Of a stretch of DNA of 64,000 nt, positions 9,092-18,812 are shown piece by piece. Origin of the DNA: Candidatus Thorarchaeota archaeon (GTDB lineage Archaea > Asgardarchaeota > Thorarchaeia > Thorarchaeales > Thorarchaeaceae); NCBI GenBank assembly GCA_020348985.1, contig CP070761.1, positions 1,856,905-1,920,904 of the forward strand, given 5' to 3'. Numbering within the stretch: the stretch's first letter is position 1; every line of letters begins with the position of its first letter. A program made the translations under genes and the position numbers. The notes beneath the pieces were generated by a model that made no database searches, had not been told where the DNA came from, and saw only the letters and a list, made by a program, of their open reading frames with translations.

Positions 9092-10265
9092 GCATCAGTA
9101 TGAATACGTACACTTGTAGAAGAATAATCATCATTCCCTCGAAGGTATCCAGTTTCTCATCATCAGTAATGGCTCGTTTCAAGAACCACAAGCTGCCTGC
9201 GATTACAACAATTTGAAACAACACATAGATGTCGAGAGGAATCAGCACAAACATACCTATCCCTCCCATCACTAGAAGAACAATCTGAAGGACTCCTCCT
9301 ATGAGGTTGCCAACTGCAAGTCCGATTTTTCCTCTCAATGCGGCTATTACTGCAATGCCATGTTCTGGAAGCGCGCCTGCCGCGCCCAAGATTAGTGCAG
9401 AGATTGTGACTGGGTCCGCAATAGCACTCACAACATCATGCTGGGTTTCGAGCAAGATGTTCACGGACTCGGTAAGCATCTCACCTGCAAAGAAGATGCC
9501 AATAAAACCCGCTGTCCAAAGAACGGCTGCACTTCGCTTGGAGTGGCTAGCTTTGGCAATATCCTTCTTCTTGGAATCAGTGTCTCTTGCAAGGTCCCCC
9601 GCATAGATGAGGTAGGACAGAAATAACATCAGGGCCGCCCATGATGGGAATTTGAGCTCACGCCCAGGCACTGTTCCTGACGGTATCTCTGCAACCGCCA
9701 ATGCTATTATGCCCAGAGCGAACATACTCAATAGAGCAACGATCGTCCAACGAATGAGAACCGTGTCTTTCCTGACTACTTCTTTGGGAACTAGCATCTC
9801 AGCCTTTTTCCTAGTGGATATCACGATTGTAAGTCCTAGTAAGAGCATATTGAACCCCGCTGCCACAAGCACAGAAAGAATCGCGATGTCTAGTAACTCG
9901 GCATTTGCCGTTGTGAATCCCTCGAATGCCATGAAGAAGCTGATAACCGCCTCTGGCAAGTTGCTTGCCAGACTTGTTAGCATTCCCGCTATGTAGGCTG
10001 AGAAGCGTAAGTGACCGGAAATGCTCTCAATTCCATCAACTGCCCATTCTGAAGGTCTGAATGCCAACCAAGTTCCCATTAGCATTCCGAGTACCATTAC
10101 GAGTGACACTAACTGTCCTGTGAGCCTGAAATAGAAGTAGATTCCAATAAGCAACACAGCGATGAAAAGCTCCGTTCTGCTAGCACCGATCGAGTCTCTC
10201 ACTGAATGAAACTGACGATTCACTATGTCTGAGTCTTCCAGAGATGATTCTTCAGCCACGGACAA
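9057..10265 (-). CDS. Ca2+/cation antiporter (CaCA superfamily)
   Basis: About 11 TM segments. Alpha-1 repeat SLASNLPE and alpha-2 repeat GALPEH...AVGNLIG. Confidence 0.85.
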   Translation of the reverse strand: MSVAEESSLEDSDIVNRQFHSVRDSIGASRTELFIAVLLIGIYFYFRLTGQLVSLVMVLGMLMGTWLAFRPSEWAVDGIESISGHLRFSAYIAGMLTSLASNLPEAVISFFMAFEGFTTANAELLDIAILSVLVAAGFNMLLLGLTIVISTRKKAEMLVPKEVVRKDTVLIRWTIVALLSMFALGIIALAVAEIPSGTVPGRELKFPSWAALMLFLSYLIYAGDLARDTDSKKKDIAKASHSKRSAAVLWTAGFIGIFFAGEMLTESVNILLETQHDVVSAIADPVTISALILGAAGALPEHGIAVIAALRGKIGLAVGNLIGGVLQIVLLVMGGIGMFVLIPLDIYVLFQIVVIAGSLWFLKRAITDDEKLDTFEGMMIILLQVYVFILMLTGLPIVYGGG

Positions 10266-10345
10266 TCCACCAACTTTCTTTGACGCGATTCAGAAAAAGG
10301 CTCCTTAAATCATGTTGCCAATTCTGGCTGACTCGCCCTAGAGCT

Positions 10346-11521
10346 CTAGTCAATCTCGTTTCTACCAGGAATTCCGCCGTATCTGCTGGACGACCCTGTG
10401 TTCAGGAGAACTACGTCCTCGTCATAGTCTATAACGCCAGTATCCACAAGATTCCGAAGGCCCGCTAGCCCAATTGCCGCTTCTGGACAGAAATCCAATC
10501 CCTCAAGTCTAGCGGCCATCCACTGACACGACTCAATCTCTGAATCAGTGGCTGCTACCGCTCCTCCCCCTGATCGTTGGATGACTTTCATCATTAACCT
10601 ATCAGCGAAAGGCTTCGGGACTCTCAACCCATATGCTCTGGTTTCGCCTCTAGGCCATGCTTCAATCTCTTCTGTACCTCTTTCGAATGCTCTAACGACA
10701 GGTGCACAGCCTCCGCTCTGAACAGCATACATTCTAGGACGTCTGTCGTCAATTAGCCCAAGGGTCTCCAACTCCTCGAAGCCTTTCCATATGCCAATCA
10801 AAGACGTTCCTCCTCCTGTTGGACATATGACCACATCCGGAACCGTCCATCCCATCTGTTCAGCAATCTCAAATGCCATTGTCTTTTTGCCCTCAACGCG
10901 ATATGGCTCCTTAGTAGTACTCAAGTCTGTCCAACCACCATCCCGCACTTGCATCTCTGCAGCTGCATCCACAATGGTTCCCTCAACCAAGATCACCTCA
11001 GCTCCAAACGCCCGACAACTATCTATGAACTGCTGAGGCGTATCTTCAGGCATGAAGGCATGGGCTGAAGTTCCACTTGCGGCACAATACGCACTCATCG
11101 ATACTGCGGCATTCCCAGCAGATGGAAGCGCGAAAGAGTCGACTCCCATTTCTAGATGTTTCGAGATTGCTGCGCAGAGACCTCGGTCCTTGAAGCTTAA
11201 AGTTGGATTCTTTGCTTCATCCTTTATTCTTAGCATTCTAAGTCCCAAATGTGTGCCCAATCGTCGTGTCAGAAGAAGCGGTGTCCAGCCCTCGCCAAGA
11301 CTTACAACGAATGATGGCGACTTGACGGGAAGTAGCTCGGAGTATCTCCACATTGAATTCGCTGACGATGGGAACTCTCCAGATTCGATCGCCTCAACCA
11401 CACCTCTCATGTCGTATCTTGCGAACAAAGGCGTCCCGCAAAGGCAGTATGTCGCAGGCATTTCTGCGGAATGCTTTCTTCCACATTGCGGACACTCTAG
11501 ATGGGAGATGTGTGATATCAC
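10346..11521 (-). CDS. thrC: Threonine synthase (fold-type II PLP enzyme)
   Basis: N-terminal Zn ribbon, SLGEGWTPL, NPTLSFKDRG (PLP lysine), SAGNA, EGKKT and PTGGG. Confidence 0.85.
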   Translation of the reverse strand: MISHISHLECPQCGRKHSAEMPATYCLCGTPLFARYDMRGVVEAIESGEFPSSANSMWRYSELLPVKSPSFVVSLGEGWTPLLLTRRLGTHLGLRMLRIKDEAKNPTLSFKDRGLCAAISKHLEMGVDSFALPSAGNAAVSMSAYCAASGTSAHAFMPEDTPQQFIDSCRAFGAEVILVEGTIVDAAAEMQVRDGGWTDLSTTKEPYRVEGKKTMAFEIAEQMGWTVPDVVICPTGGGTSLIGIWKGFEELETLGLIDDRRPRMYAVQSGGCAPVVRAFERGTEEIEAWPRGETRAYGLRVPKPFADRLMMKVIQRSGGGAVAATDSEIESCQWMAARLEGLDFCPEAAIGLAGLRNLVDTGVIDYDEDVVLLNTGSSSRYGGIPGRNEID

Positions 11522-11667
11522 ATGACTTACCTACTATAGGAGCTATACTGTCCCTTATTTATCCTCCAGCAGTTGTATCTTTTTATTCGTGTGTAGCGCG
11601 TGAAAGCGTACTCTTATCAAGGTCAACCATAAGGAAGAACATCACAATAGCAAGGTTCGGATTCAGC

Positions 11668-12861
11668 GTGACTGAGCTAAAGAGACCGGTTCTACCATTT
11701 TCTGCAGTTGTTGCCCTAGGTCGGCTCAAGCTAGCACTGATACTCAACGGGGTGAATCCGAGGATTGGTGGTGTTCTGGTTTCTGGACCGAAGGGTACTG
11801 GCAAGACTACTGCAGTAAGAGCCCTGGCAGATTTACTACCCGAAGTTGAGGTCGTGGAGAAATGCAGGTTTGGGTGCAGTCCAAGTGATGAGATATTCCT
11901 ATGCGCAGAGTGTATCGCGAGGGTCAATGGTGGGGAGGAACTCGCCTCCTTCAAACGCAAGATGCGAGTTGTCAACTTACCCCTGAGTACTACCGAAGAC
12001 AGGCTCATTGGTTCACTTGACATTGAGAGAGTCTTGCAGGATGGAATTCAGGCATTGAAACCCGGGATTCTTGCCGAAGCCCATCAAAACGTTCTGTATG
12101 TTGACGAGGTCAACCTACTCCCAGATCATCTTGTCGATGACTTGCTTGACGCGGCCGCAACCAAGATCAACGTAATCGAGCGAGAGGGGATCTCGATCTC
12201 GCATCCATCAGATTTTGTATTAATCGGTACAATGAATCCAGAAGAAGGTGAGCTAAGACCACAGCTACTCGACAGGTTTCCGCTTCATGTTAGTGTTGGG
12301 ACCGGGCTTTCAATCGAAGAGCGAATGGAGCTAGTGAAACGGAATCTTTCCTTCGAAGAAGACCCTGATGACTTCCGTGAGAAATGGCTTGAGGCTCAAG
12401 ACGCGCTTCGAGAGAGAATTGTCAACGCGCGTAGTCTGCTGAGAGAAGTCAATCTTTCGGAATCCAAGCTGAGAGCTGTAGCAATGGCCTGCGATGCCCT
12501 TGAGGTTGATGGTGTACGGCCTGATATCATCATTAGCAAGACTGCTATTACGAATGCCGCTCTTGAGGGTCGAACCGAAGTCAATCTTGAGGACTTGAAG
12601 ATAGCGTCTCAGCTAGCCTTGAGTCACCGGACGAGGAGAGGTGGGCTTCTCGAACCTCCCTCATCTGAGGACATTGAAGCGGCCATAACGAAAGCAGAGA
12701 CCATAACGAGAAAAGATGATCGAAGAAAGTCTCCCACGGAAGTCCCTGACGACGAAAAAGAGAAGAATGGCCAGCGGTTCAGCGGGGGTCGCTTTGGGCG
12801 ACAAGATGAATACGCCCAATGGGGAACTGAGGAAGGCAAAAAAAAACTCCGGAGAAAGTAA
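11668..12861 (+). CDS. ChlI/BchI-like chelatase AAA+ ATPase (N-terminal part of a probable frameshifted chlD-like gene)
   Basis: PFSAVV, GPKGTGKT, TEDRLIGSLD, LYVDEVNLL and GTMNPEEGELRPQLLDRF. Start refined to GTG 11668. Confidence 0.92.
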   Translation: MTELKRPVLPFSAVVALGRLKLALILNGVNPRIGGVLVSGPKGTGKTTAVRALADLLPEVEVVEKCRFGCSPSDEIFLCAECIARVNGGEELASFKRKMRVVNLPLSTTEDRLIGSLDIERVLQDGIQALKPGILAEAHQNVLYVDEVNLLPDHLVDDLLDAAATKINVIEREGISISHPSDFVLIGTMNPEEGELRPQLLDRFPLHVSVGTGLSIEERMELVKRNLSFEEDPDDFREKWLEAQDALRERIVNARSLLREVNLSESKLRAVAMACDALEVDGVRPDIIISKTAITNAALEGRTEVNLEDLKIASQLALSHRTRRGGLLEPPSSEDIEAAITKAETITRKDDRRKSPTEVPDDEKEKNGQRFSGGRFGRQDEYAQWGTEEGKKKLRRK

Positions 12862-12884
12862 GGACCGCCAGAGGTAGTCCTTTC
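12828..12884 (+). other. Putative programmed -1 frameshift / slippage cassette
   Basis: A9 run at 12838-12846 (GGC AAA AAA AAA CTC). The -1 frame opens after TGA 12828-12830 and stays open into the vWA ORF. A hairpin follows (AAGGAC 12860-12865 with GTCCTT 12877-12882). Confidence 0.7.
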
Positions 12885-12905
12885 AAAATCACCGCGTGTA
12901 CGATA

Positions 12906-14339
12906 ATGCTGATCACAGCACTGTCTTTCTTCGCATGGCTCTACTTCAGCCCAATCAATCTTCTCCTCGGTCTTCCTATTGGAGTCTTTCCGCCACTGCC
13001 AGTTTTCATCATCAATATCATTCTCTACGCACCGCTAATCTTCTATATTATCCGCTATTGGATGAGACTCCTGGCGAAGCGTCAGTCAGGTTCCGCCGCA
13101 GGGATCGACACAGTCGAACCTACCAGAGGAGTTCCAGAGCCCGGAGATGAATGGGGAAGAGCTACAAGACCCTATAGTCCGGAGGATCCTGCGAGGATTC
13201 CAGGTTCGAAATCCGAGATACGCGAAAGTCCGTATGCTCTTGACTCGGGCTTCTTTGTCAAGACACCAGATCTCGAAACGGGTGAGGAGCTCTTTGATGC
13301 TGACGAGCTCAGAGCTGGCGCAATGATGCGGTCTAGGGTCTCTTCAGGAGGATGGGTGGACAAGAGAGTAGCCTCACGGGCAGTGGGTTCCCTAAAGGCA
13401 TCGGACACTCCCAAACATGGACGACCATTCAGGTCCAGAATGCCATCTGGCGAGGTTGGCAGCATAGACATCCCCTCCACTGTGATGGCGGCGATAGTCA
13501 GGTCTGGTCGCATTCCTAGGGGTGAGAGAATCAGGATTCAACCACAAGATATCCGGGAGAAAGTCTTCAGCGGCAGAACTCCACTCACAGTCATCTTGGT
13601 CATAGATGTTAGCCTTTCAATGAAAGACAGCATGCCAGAAGTAAGGAAGGTCATCAAACGCATTGAGCGTGAAACCCGAGGGTCAAAGGATCGAATCGGC
13701 CTCATTGCATTCAAGGACAGTGGTGCAATTGAGGTTCAAGCTCCAACCTCGAATTGGAACAAGCTATACCGTGGTCTTTCGAGGCTGCGAATTTCAGGAC
13801 TCACTCCTCTTGCAGAAGGTATCATGAAAGCGCTTGAGACAATCAGAAGGGAAAGGATGAGAAGTCTAGATGTGGAGCCCTTGGTCGTTGTCATTTCGGA
13901 TTTTGCCCCCAACATACCACTAGCACAATCTGTTGGACCAGGCAATGCACAGTACACACCGGTCAGAGACCTGGTCAAGGCGGCGAGGGTTCTGCGCAAA
14001 AAGGACACACGCCTCGTTACGATAAATGTAGACAAAGAACAGGTCAAGTGGACTCGGTTCTTGAACCGGCCTTATCATGATGCTCTCGAACTTGGTACCA
14101 TGCTGAGAATGATGAAAGAAGGCTACAAGAGCGTAATCGAGACCATTCTGGCAGTCCCGGAGTTTCGGAAATCCTTCGGATCATATTTGGTTGCCACTGC
14201 TGGTGGAGGTAGAACATTCCTTTCCAGTGAGGTTTTGGGTTTTGACTCTGTCCTAGGTGAGTTTCTTGCTGCTAGCAGAAAGCGAGTAAAGATTGATGCA
14301 GAAACTCTGGACAAGGCAGAGGCCTACATTTTGAAGTAA
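12906..14339 (+). CDS. ChlD-like vWA domain protein with N-terminal TM segments (-1 frame continuation of the AAA+ ORF)
   Basis: IDIPSTVMAA and DIREKVF (ChlD linker), MIDAS DVSLS, GLTPLA and VISD, plus two hydrophobic N-terminal segments. Confidence 0.85.
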   Translation: MLITALSFFAWLYFSPINLLLGLPIGVFPPLPVFIINIILYAPLIFYIIRYWMRLLAKRQSGSAAGIDTVEPTRGVPEPGDEWGRATRPYSPEDPARIPGSKSEIRESPYALDSGFFVKTPDLETGEELFDADELRAGAMMRSRVSSGGWVDKRVASRAVGSLKASDTPKHGRPFRSRMPSGEVGSIDIPSTVMAAIVRSGRIPRGERIRIQPQDIREKVFSGRTPLTVILVIDVSLSMKDSMPEVRKVIKRIERETRGSKDRIGLIAFKDSGAIEVQAPTSNWNKLYRGLSRLRISGLTPLAEGIMKALETIRRERMRSLDVEPLVVVISDFAPNIPLAQSVGPGNAQYTPVRDLVKAARVLRKKDTRLVTINVDKEQVKWTRFLNRPYHDALELGTMLRMMKEGYKSVIETILAVPEFRKSFGSYLVATAGGGRTFLSSEVLGFDSVLGEFLAASRKRVKIDAETLDKAEAYILK

Positions 14340-14526
14340 GTACTGTGCCTTGGGTGCTCATTCAATTGGCAAGAAATGGGTTATATGGCTCCACGTAGAT
14401 GTCTGGCATGCGCAAATAGCCCGTTAACAACTGATGTCATAGTGAGCGAGGAGTACCCCGAACGGGGTTTCAATGAATTGTCTTTTCATGCAACAGTCAC
14501 AGGGCTATTGCGCACCAAAATGAGAC

Positions 14527-15552
14527 ATGAGGCCTGTAGCCATGCTTCCCGGGAAGGTTCCACCAGCGATACTTGAAAGGCTCGTCTTCACGCGACTAGG
14601 ACAAGTAGATGACTCCGTGATTCTAGGACCTGAGTTGGGTGAGGATGCCTCTCTGATTCGGATAGGAGGTCGTGTGCTGGTGGCGTCAACGGACCCCATC
14701 ACAGGATCGATTGAAGACATTGGGTGGCTCGCTGTGCACATCAATGCAAACGATGTTGCAACATTTGGCGTTGTACCACGATGGTTCCTGGTGTCAATCA
14801 TGCTTCCGATATACTCCACCTCCGAACACATTGAACGCATCATGAATCAGATTCACGGAGCGGCATTTCAACTAGGCGTTGCTGTTGCCGGGGGACACAC
14901 TGAAGTCACTGAGGGCATCGATCGGCCAATAGTGGCAGGCTTCATGTTGGGCGAAACTGAAGAAGGGAGATATGTGACTTCCCGTGGCGCCAAGGCGGGG
15001 GATTCGATTATAGTTACCAAGTCAATAGCTCTGGAGGGGACTTCTATACTTGCTTCAGAATGTCACTCGAGACTAGTGAGTTCACTTGGAGAAGATGTGT
15101 TGAAGGAAGCACGATCTATGCGTGATCTCATTAGCGTGGTGAAGGAAGGAGTGTCTGCCTTCGAGACCGGACATTTGACAGCTATGCATGATCCTACAGA
15201 GGGAGGTATAGCAGGAGGTTTGCACGAACTGTGCGATGCGAGCGGGGTCGGGTTTGAGGTAGAAATGGATCGGATTCCATTAGTCGAACCTACACGACTA
15301 ATCTGTGATGAGCTGAGGATTAATCCCCTAGAACTCATCAGCAGTGGATGCATGGTTATCACGTGCAATTCTGAGTTTGACAATGAAGTAGTAGGAGCCA
15401 TTAATTCAAAAGGCATCAAGGCAACCATAATTGGAACGGTTTTGGCGGACAGTGAAGATCGCAGACTGGTTTCCAAGTCAGGTTCAGAGCCTCTAGCAAG
15501 ACCAGAAACTGATGCCCTCTGGAATGCACTCAAACAGACTAAAGATTCATGA
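14527..15552 (+). CDS. AIR synthase-related protein (HypE/PurM/ThiL superfamily)
   Basis: GEDA, STDPIT, NANDVA, GGHTE and MHDPTEGG motifs. Confidence 0.88.
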   Translation: MRPVAMLPGKVPPAILERLVFTRLGQVDDSVILGPELGEDASLIRIGGRVLVASTDPITGSIEDIGWLAVHINANDVATFGVVPRWFLVSIMLPIYSTSEHIERIMNQIHGAAFQLGVAVAGGHTEVTEGIDRPIVAGFMLGETEEGRYVTSRGAKAGDSIIVTKSIALEGTSILASECHSRLVSSLGEDVLKEARSMRDLISVVKEGVSAFETGHLTAMHDPTEGGIAGGLHELCDASGVGFEVEMDRIPLVEPTRLICDELRINPLELISSGCMVITCNSEFDNEVVGAINSKGIKATIIGTVLADSEDRRLVSKSGSEPLARPETDALWNALKQTKDS

Positions 15553-16318
15553 AGTCAATTACAGCCTGTAATTCCTTTGGTCCAACCGCCTCGATCAGCA
15601 TGGGCGAGATCGAGATGTTTCCATTCGCTAACACCTCGTTCGCGTCTGTTCCCCTAGGAGAATCATTCTCTTCACCACGTATCCAGAAGTAGGGACTTCC
15701 ATTTGGATCAATCCGTTCTTCAAGGCTGTTGGTCATCCTCAGTCTTGTGGGACTCGTCACAACCATTCTGCTATTCTCAAGCGTCCTTGACGGGAAATTC
15801 AGATTCAGCGCGTCAACTCCTGAAGGCAGACCCCTTTCCAAGATCATGTTGGCTATGTCAACTACCACCCTGACCTCTGCCGAATAGCCAACCTCGGACG
15901 TAGAATTATTGAACCATTCATCAGGACTTGCAACCTTTGAAACTGCAATACCAGGATGTCCGTTCATTGCCGCCTCCAATACTGCTCCAACAGTGCCACT
16001 AGTGTACATGCTCTGGTAGCCGATATTCGCCCCGCTATTGATCCCGGATATGAAGAGGTCGATCTTCTCCAAGTGGGCCCGAGCGATGATGATTGAATCT
16101 GCAGGAGTTCCATCGTGAGTTATCAACCTGTATCCATCTTTGGCCCTGTGATGATGGATTCTTAAGGGCCTGTTGAAGGTAAGTGCTTTTCCGGTCGCAC
16201 TACGCTGCCCATCAGGTACAACAACTGCCAATTCAGAGATTGCGGAAAGACCTGCCGCCAACTCGCAAAGGCCTTTGCTGGATGGACCATCATCGTTTGT
16301 TAGGACTATATTACTCAA
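15539..16318 (-). CDS. surE: 5'/3'-nucleotidase SurE
   Basis: LTNDDG, GTPAD, SGINSGAN and SGTVGA. Start refined to TTG 16318. Confidence 0.93.
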   Translation of the reverse strand: MSNIVLTNDDGPSSKGLCELAAGLSAISELAVVVPDGQRSATGKALTFNRPLRIHHHRAKDGYRLITHDGTPADSIIIARAHLEKIDLFISGINSGANIGYQSMYTSGTVGAVLEAAMNGHPGIAVSKVASPDEWFNNSTSEVGYSAEVRVVVDIANMILERGLPSGVDALNLNFPSRTLENSRMVVTSPTRLRMTNSLEERIDPNGSPYFWIRGEENDSPRGTDANEVLANGNISISPMLIEAVGPKELQAVIDFMNL

Positions 16319-16451
16319 TTGACAACTACCCCACCAATGTTGGAGGACTCTGGCGACGCGCAAACTGAATTAAGCATGACGGATTGGCAAAAAGGGGAGG
16401 GAGGAAGCAACACCGGCGCTGCTTCCATAATTAGCATAGCCACACAATCTG

Positions 16452-16622
16452 CTAGAGGTCGCAAGCTTTCAAGGTCTTCCTTTTGTTGTCAGTGCTCCGC
16501 TTTGCGGCTTCCTCGAGAAGCAAGTTAATCTTCTTGTCAAGTGCGTTGTAGAATTCAGCGCTCACCTTGAGATCTTTTTTCCTGGCAAATTGCTGGACTG
16601 CTTTCTTGACTATGAAGGACAA
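16452..16622 (-). CDS. Small histone-fold protein (short-alpha3 / face-to-face type)
   Basis: TTG start after GGAG. MSFIVKKAVQQFARKKDLKVSAEFYNALDKKINLLLEEAAKRSTDNKRKTLKACDL, with an alpha1-L1-alpha2 pattern and a terminal RxTxxxxD clamp. Confidence 0.8.
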   Translation of the reverse strand: MSFIVKKAVQQFARKKDLKVSAEFYNALDKKINLLLEEAAKRSTDNKRKTLKACDL

Positions 16623-16704
16623 TGTATTCCGCTCCCGTACCGTTGCCACATCCATCCGCTGGAGTGCCGAAGCAAACTCCTTTGTGCGTCTTATAAGAGT
16701 TCTC

Positions 16705-17841
16705 TCAAAACGGTGTCCTGTATCTATCTGGCTGCGCGTTCGGCTGTTCAGGAGAACAACTGAATTCTCTTGTGAGAACATCTACAATCTTCACCGACGC
16801 ATCTCCCTCACCGTAAGGACAACTACGGCGAACATCAAGCCCTTCTTCACACAGTCTGTTTACTAGAGCCGGGAATTTCTTTGGGTCGGTTCCAACAACA
16901 GTGGCATGACCAGATTCCACAGCCTCCGGTCTTTCAGTTGACCGTCGAAGTACAAAGACTCTCTTGTTGAGTGATGGTGCTGTGACCTCTTCTTGTATAC
17001 CCCCAGAATCGGTCAGCACAAATTCACAATCAATCAGAAGTCGAAGGAAGCTCATGTAGCCCATCGGATTGACTATATGGATGTGTCCAAGAGAACACAA
17101 ATCGTCCATCAGATTGAACTCCTCCAAACGTCGTAGCGTTCTTGGATGAGCTGGAAAGACGATGTCCTTTCGGACCACTTGAAGCCCTTTCACTAGACCC
17201 TTGAGGATTTCCGGGTTGTCGACGTTCTCTGCTCGATGGAGTGTGAGTAAGGCAAACCCGTCCAGATTCTTCTCGGAGACGGGCGATTCAATTTTCCTAG
17301 CTTTGGGTATGATGGATTCAAGTGCATCGATGACAGTGTTACCGGTGATGTACACGTTGCCCCACACATTCTCGTTCTTGAGGATTCTAGCCGTGTAGTC
17401 TGTAGGAGCAAACAAGTACTTCGAAATATGGTCAGTCAATCTGCGGTTGTGCTCTTCTGGCATTCTCATGTCGTAGCTTCTGAGTCCCGCTTCAATATGT
17501 CCAACAGGGATATCCAATTTAACTGCCGCAAGAGCTGCTGAGAGCACTGCATTGGTATCTCCCAGCACAACTACAACGTCAGGCTTGTGTTCCAGAAGTT
17601 TCTCCTCTATGCCAAGAAGTGCTCTTGCAGTCTGCTGTGAATGTGTTCCTGAACCTATCTCAAGATTAGAGTCAGGGTCTCGCAGTTTCATATCGATGAA
17701 GAATGATTTGCTTAATCCATGGGAGTAGTGTTGACCGGTATGGAGGAAGAAGTATCTGATGGACCTTTTGCTAAACTCGTGAAGCACTGGTGCCATCTTG
17801 ATGATTTCTGGGCGTGTTCCTATGACAACAAATGGTTTCAC
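16705..17841 (-). CDS. wecB: UDP-N-acetylglucosamine 2-epimerase (non-hydrolysing)
   Basis: GTRPEIIK, HTGQH, HIEAGLRS, PEEHNR and TDSGGIQEE. Start refined to GTG 17841. Confidence 0.94.
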   Translation of the reverse strand: MKPFVVIGTRPEIIKMAPVLHEFSKRSIRYFFLHTGQHYSHGLSKSFFIDMKLRDPDSNLEIGSGTHSQQTARALLGIEEKLLEHKPDVVVVLGDTNAVLSAALAAVKLDIPVGHIEAGLRSYDMRMPEEHNRRLTDHISKYLFAPTDYTARILKNENVWGNVYITGNTVIDALESIIPKARKIESPVSEKNLDGFALLTLHRAENVDNPEILKGLVKGLQVVRKDIVFPAHPRTLRRLEEFNLMDDLCSLGHIHIVNPMGYMSFLRLLIDCEFVLTDSGGIQEEVTAPSLNKRVFVLRRSTERPEAVESGHATVVGTDPKKFPALVNRLCEEGLDVRRSCPYGEGDASVKIVDVLTREFSCSPEQPNAQPDRYRTPF

Positions 17842-17982
17842 TTTTGTCCCTAGGGGATTTGGGACGTGTCGCTTCACATAAGGCTGACGGGAGGCTACCT
17901 CAAAAGCTTGAATCCCTTACCGTAGGAGGCCCCGCAAAGACCTTTAAGAACATGGGCAGACATCATTACAATTTACCGCGAT

Positions 17983-18786
17983 TTGGTGAGGATTGAATTG
18001 AGGTATGCCCTTGGAGTGCTAGTAGGAGCACTAATTCCTGGAATCGTTTTGATAGGCGTCGCTTTCATCAACATTCTGGGTGTTGGAGTGACAGACCCGG
18101 CTGTGCTGCAGTCACTTTGGAGTGTTTTCCTCACTTGGGTTGTCATTTCATTCATCATCTTCTTGGCCCCGCTTGTGGTAGCTCGATACTCAAGTCGGCT
18201 GAATTTCCGGGAGATAGCTCTCTTTGAGATTGGTGGCATTGCGTTCTTTGGACCAATTTGGTTTGCCGTTGTCGCAGAAATCACAGGCAATTCAATAATG
18301 GATATCCTGTTGAATGGAGTCGAAAATGCACTTCCAGCACCAGACGAATTTGGTCGGATTGTCGGCGTAAGTATTGGTCCATTCATGCTTATCCCAATCC
18401 TCGGATTGATGCTACTTGTGGGCTTAATACTCCTAAGGCCCTCGTTCATTGAAAGAAGCTTGGAGCCACCTACGCCTTCAGAGCTTGCCGCACTGACTGA
18501 GACTGCTCCTTCACCAGCCCGAGACACCGTAGAAGCTGAGATGCCGGATGTAGCCCGCCCGATTGCTGACGAGTCCACAAAGAGGCAGCTTGAGACTCTT
18601 CTGACAGAGCTTGGAACTCCCCCTGAAACTATTTCTGCGATTGTTGGAGCTGGATTCGCAACTGTCACCGACTTCGTAGCCACAAGCCCTGATCAGATTG
18701 CCATTGCTACTGGTATGGATAAGAAGACGGCCGAGGATCTTCATGTAGCAGTCCAGAAGAAAGTATGGTTCGGCGGAATCGAATAG
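17983..18786 (+). CDS. Four-TM membrane protein with a C-terminal helix-hairpin-helix-like domain
   Basis: Four hydrophobic segments, a Pro/Glu linker, then AGFATVTDFVATSPDQIAIATGMDKKTAEDL (RadA/NusA-type HhH pattern). Confidence 0.7.
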   Translation: MVRIELRYALGVLVGALIPGIVLIGVAFINILGVGVTDPAVLQSLWSVFLTWVVISFIIFLAPLVVARYSSRLNFREIALFEIGGIAFFGPIWFAVVAEITGNSIMDILLNGVENALPAPDEFGRIVGVSIGPFMLIPILGLMLLVGLILLRPSFIERSLEPPTPSELAALTETAPSPARDTVEAEMPDVARPIADESTKRQLETLLTELGTPPETISAIVGAGFATVTDFVATSPDQIAIATGMDKKTAEDLHVAVQKKVWFGGIE

Positions 18787-18812
18787 GTATCGACACAGAT
18801 TCTGTTTGCAAG

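Noticed and set aside
11353-11667. N-terminal extension of the AAA+ ORF in the ORF track
   Set aside because: It overlaps divergent thrC and its promoter region; ChlI similarity begins at about 11668.
14527-15552. Selenophosphate synthetase SelD or other selenoprotein signal
   Set aside because: There is no N-terminal Cys/Sec-x-x-Lys motif. I found no convincing in-frame TGA readthrough candidate in the window, and the ATGA..TGA stem on the minus strand near 47585-47607 is too short for a SECIS.
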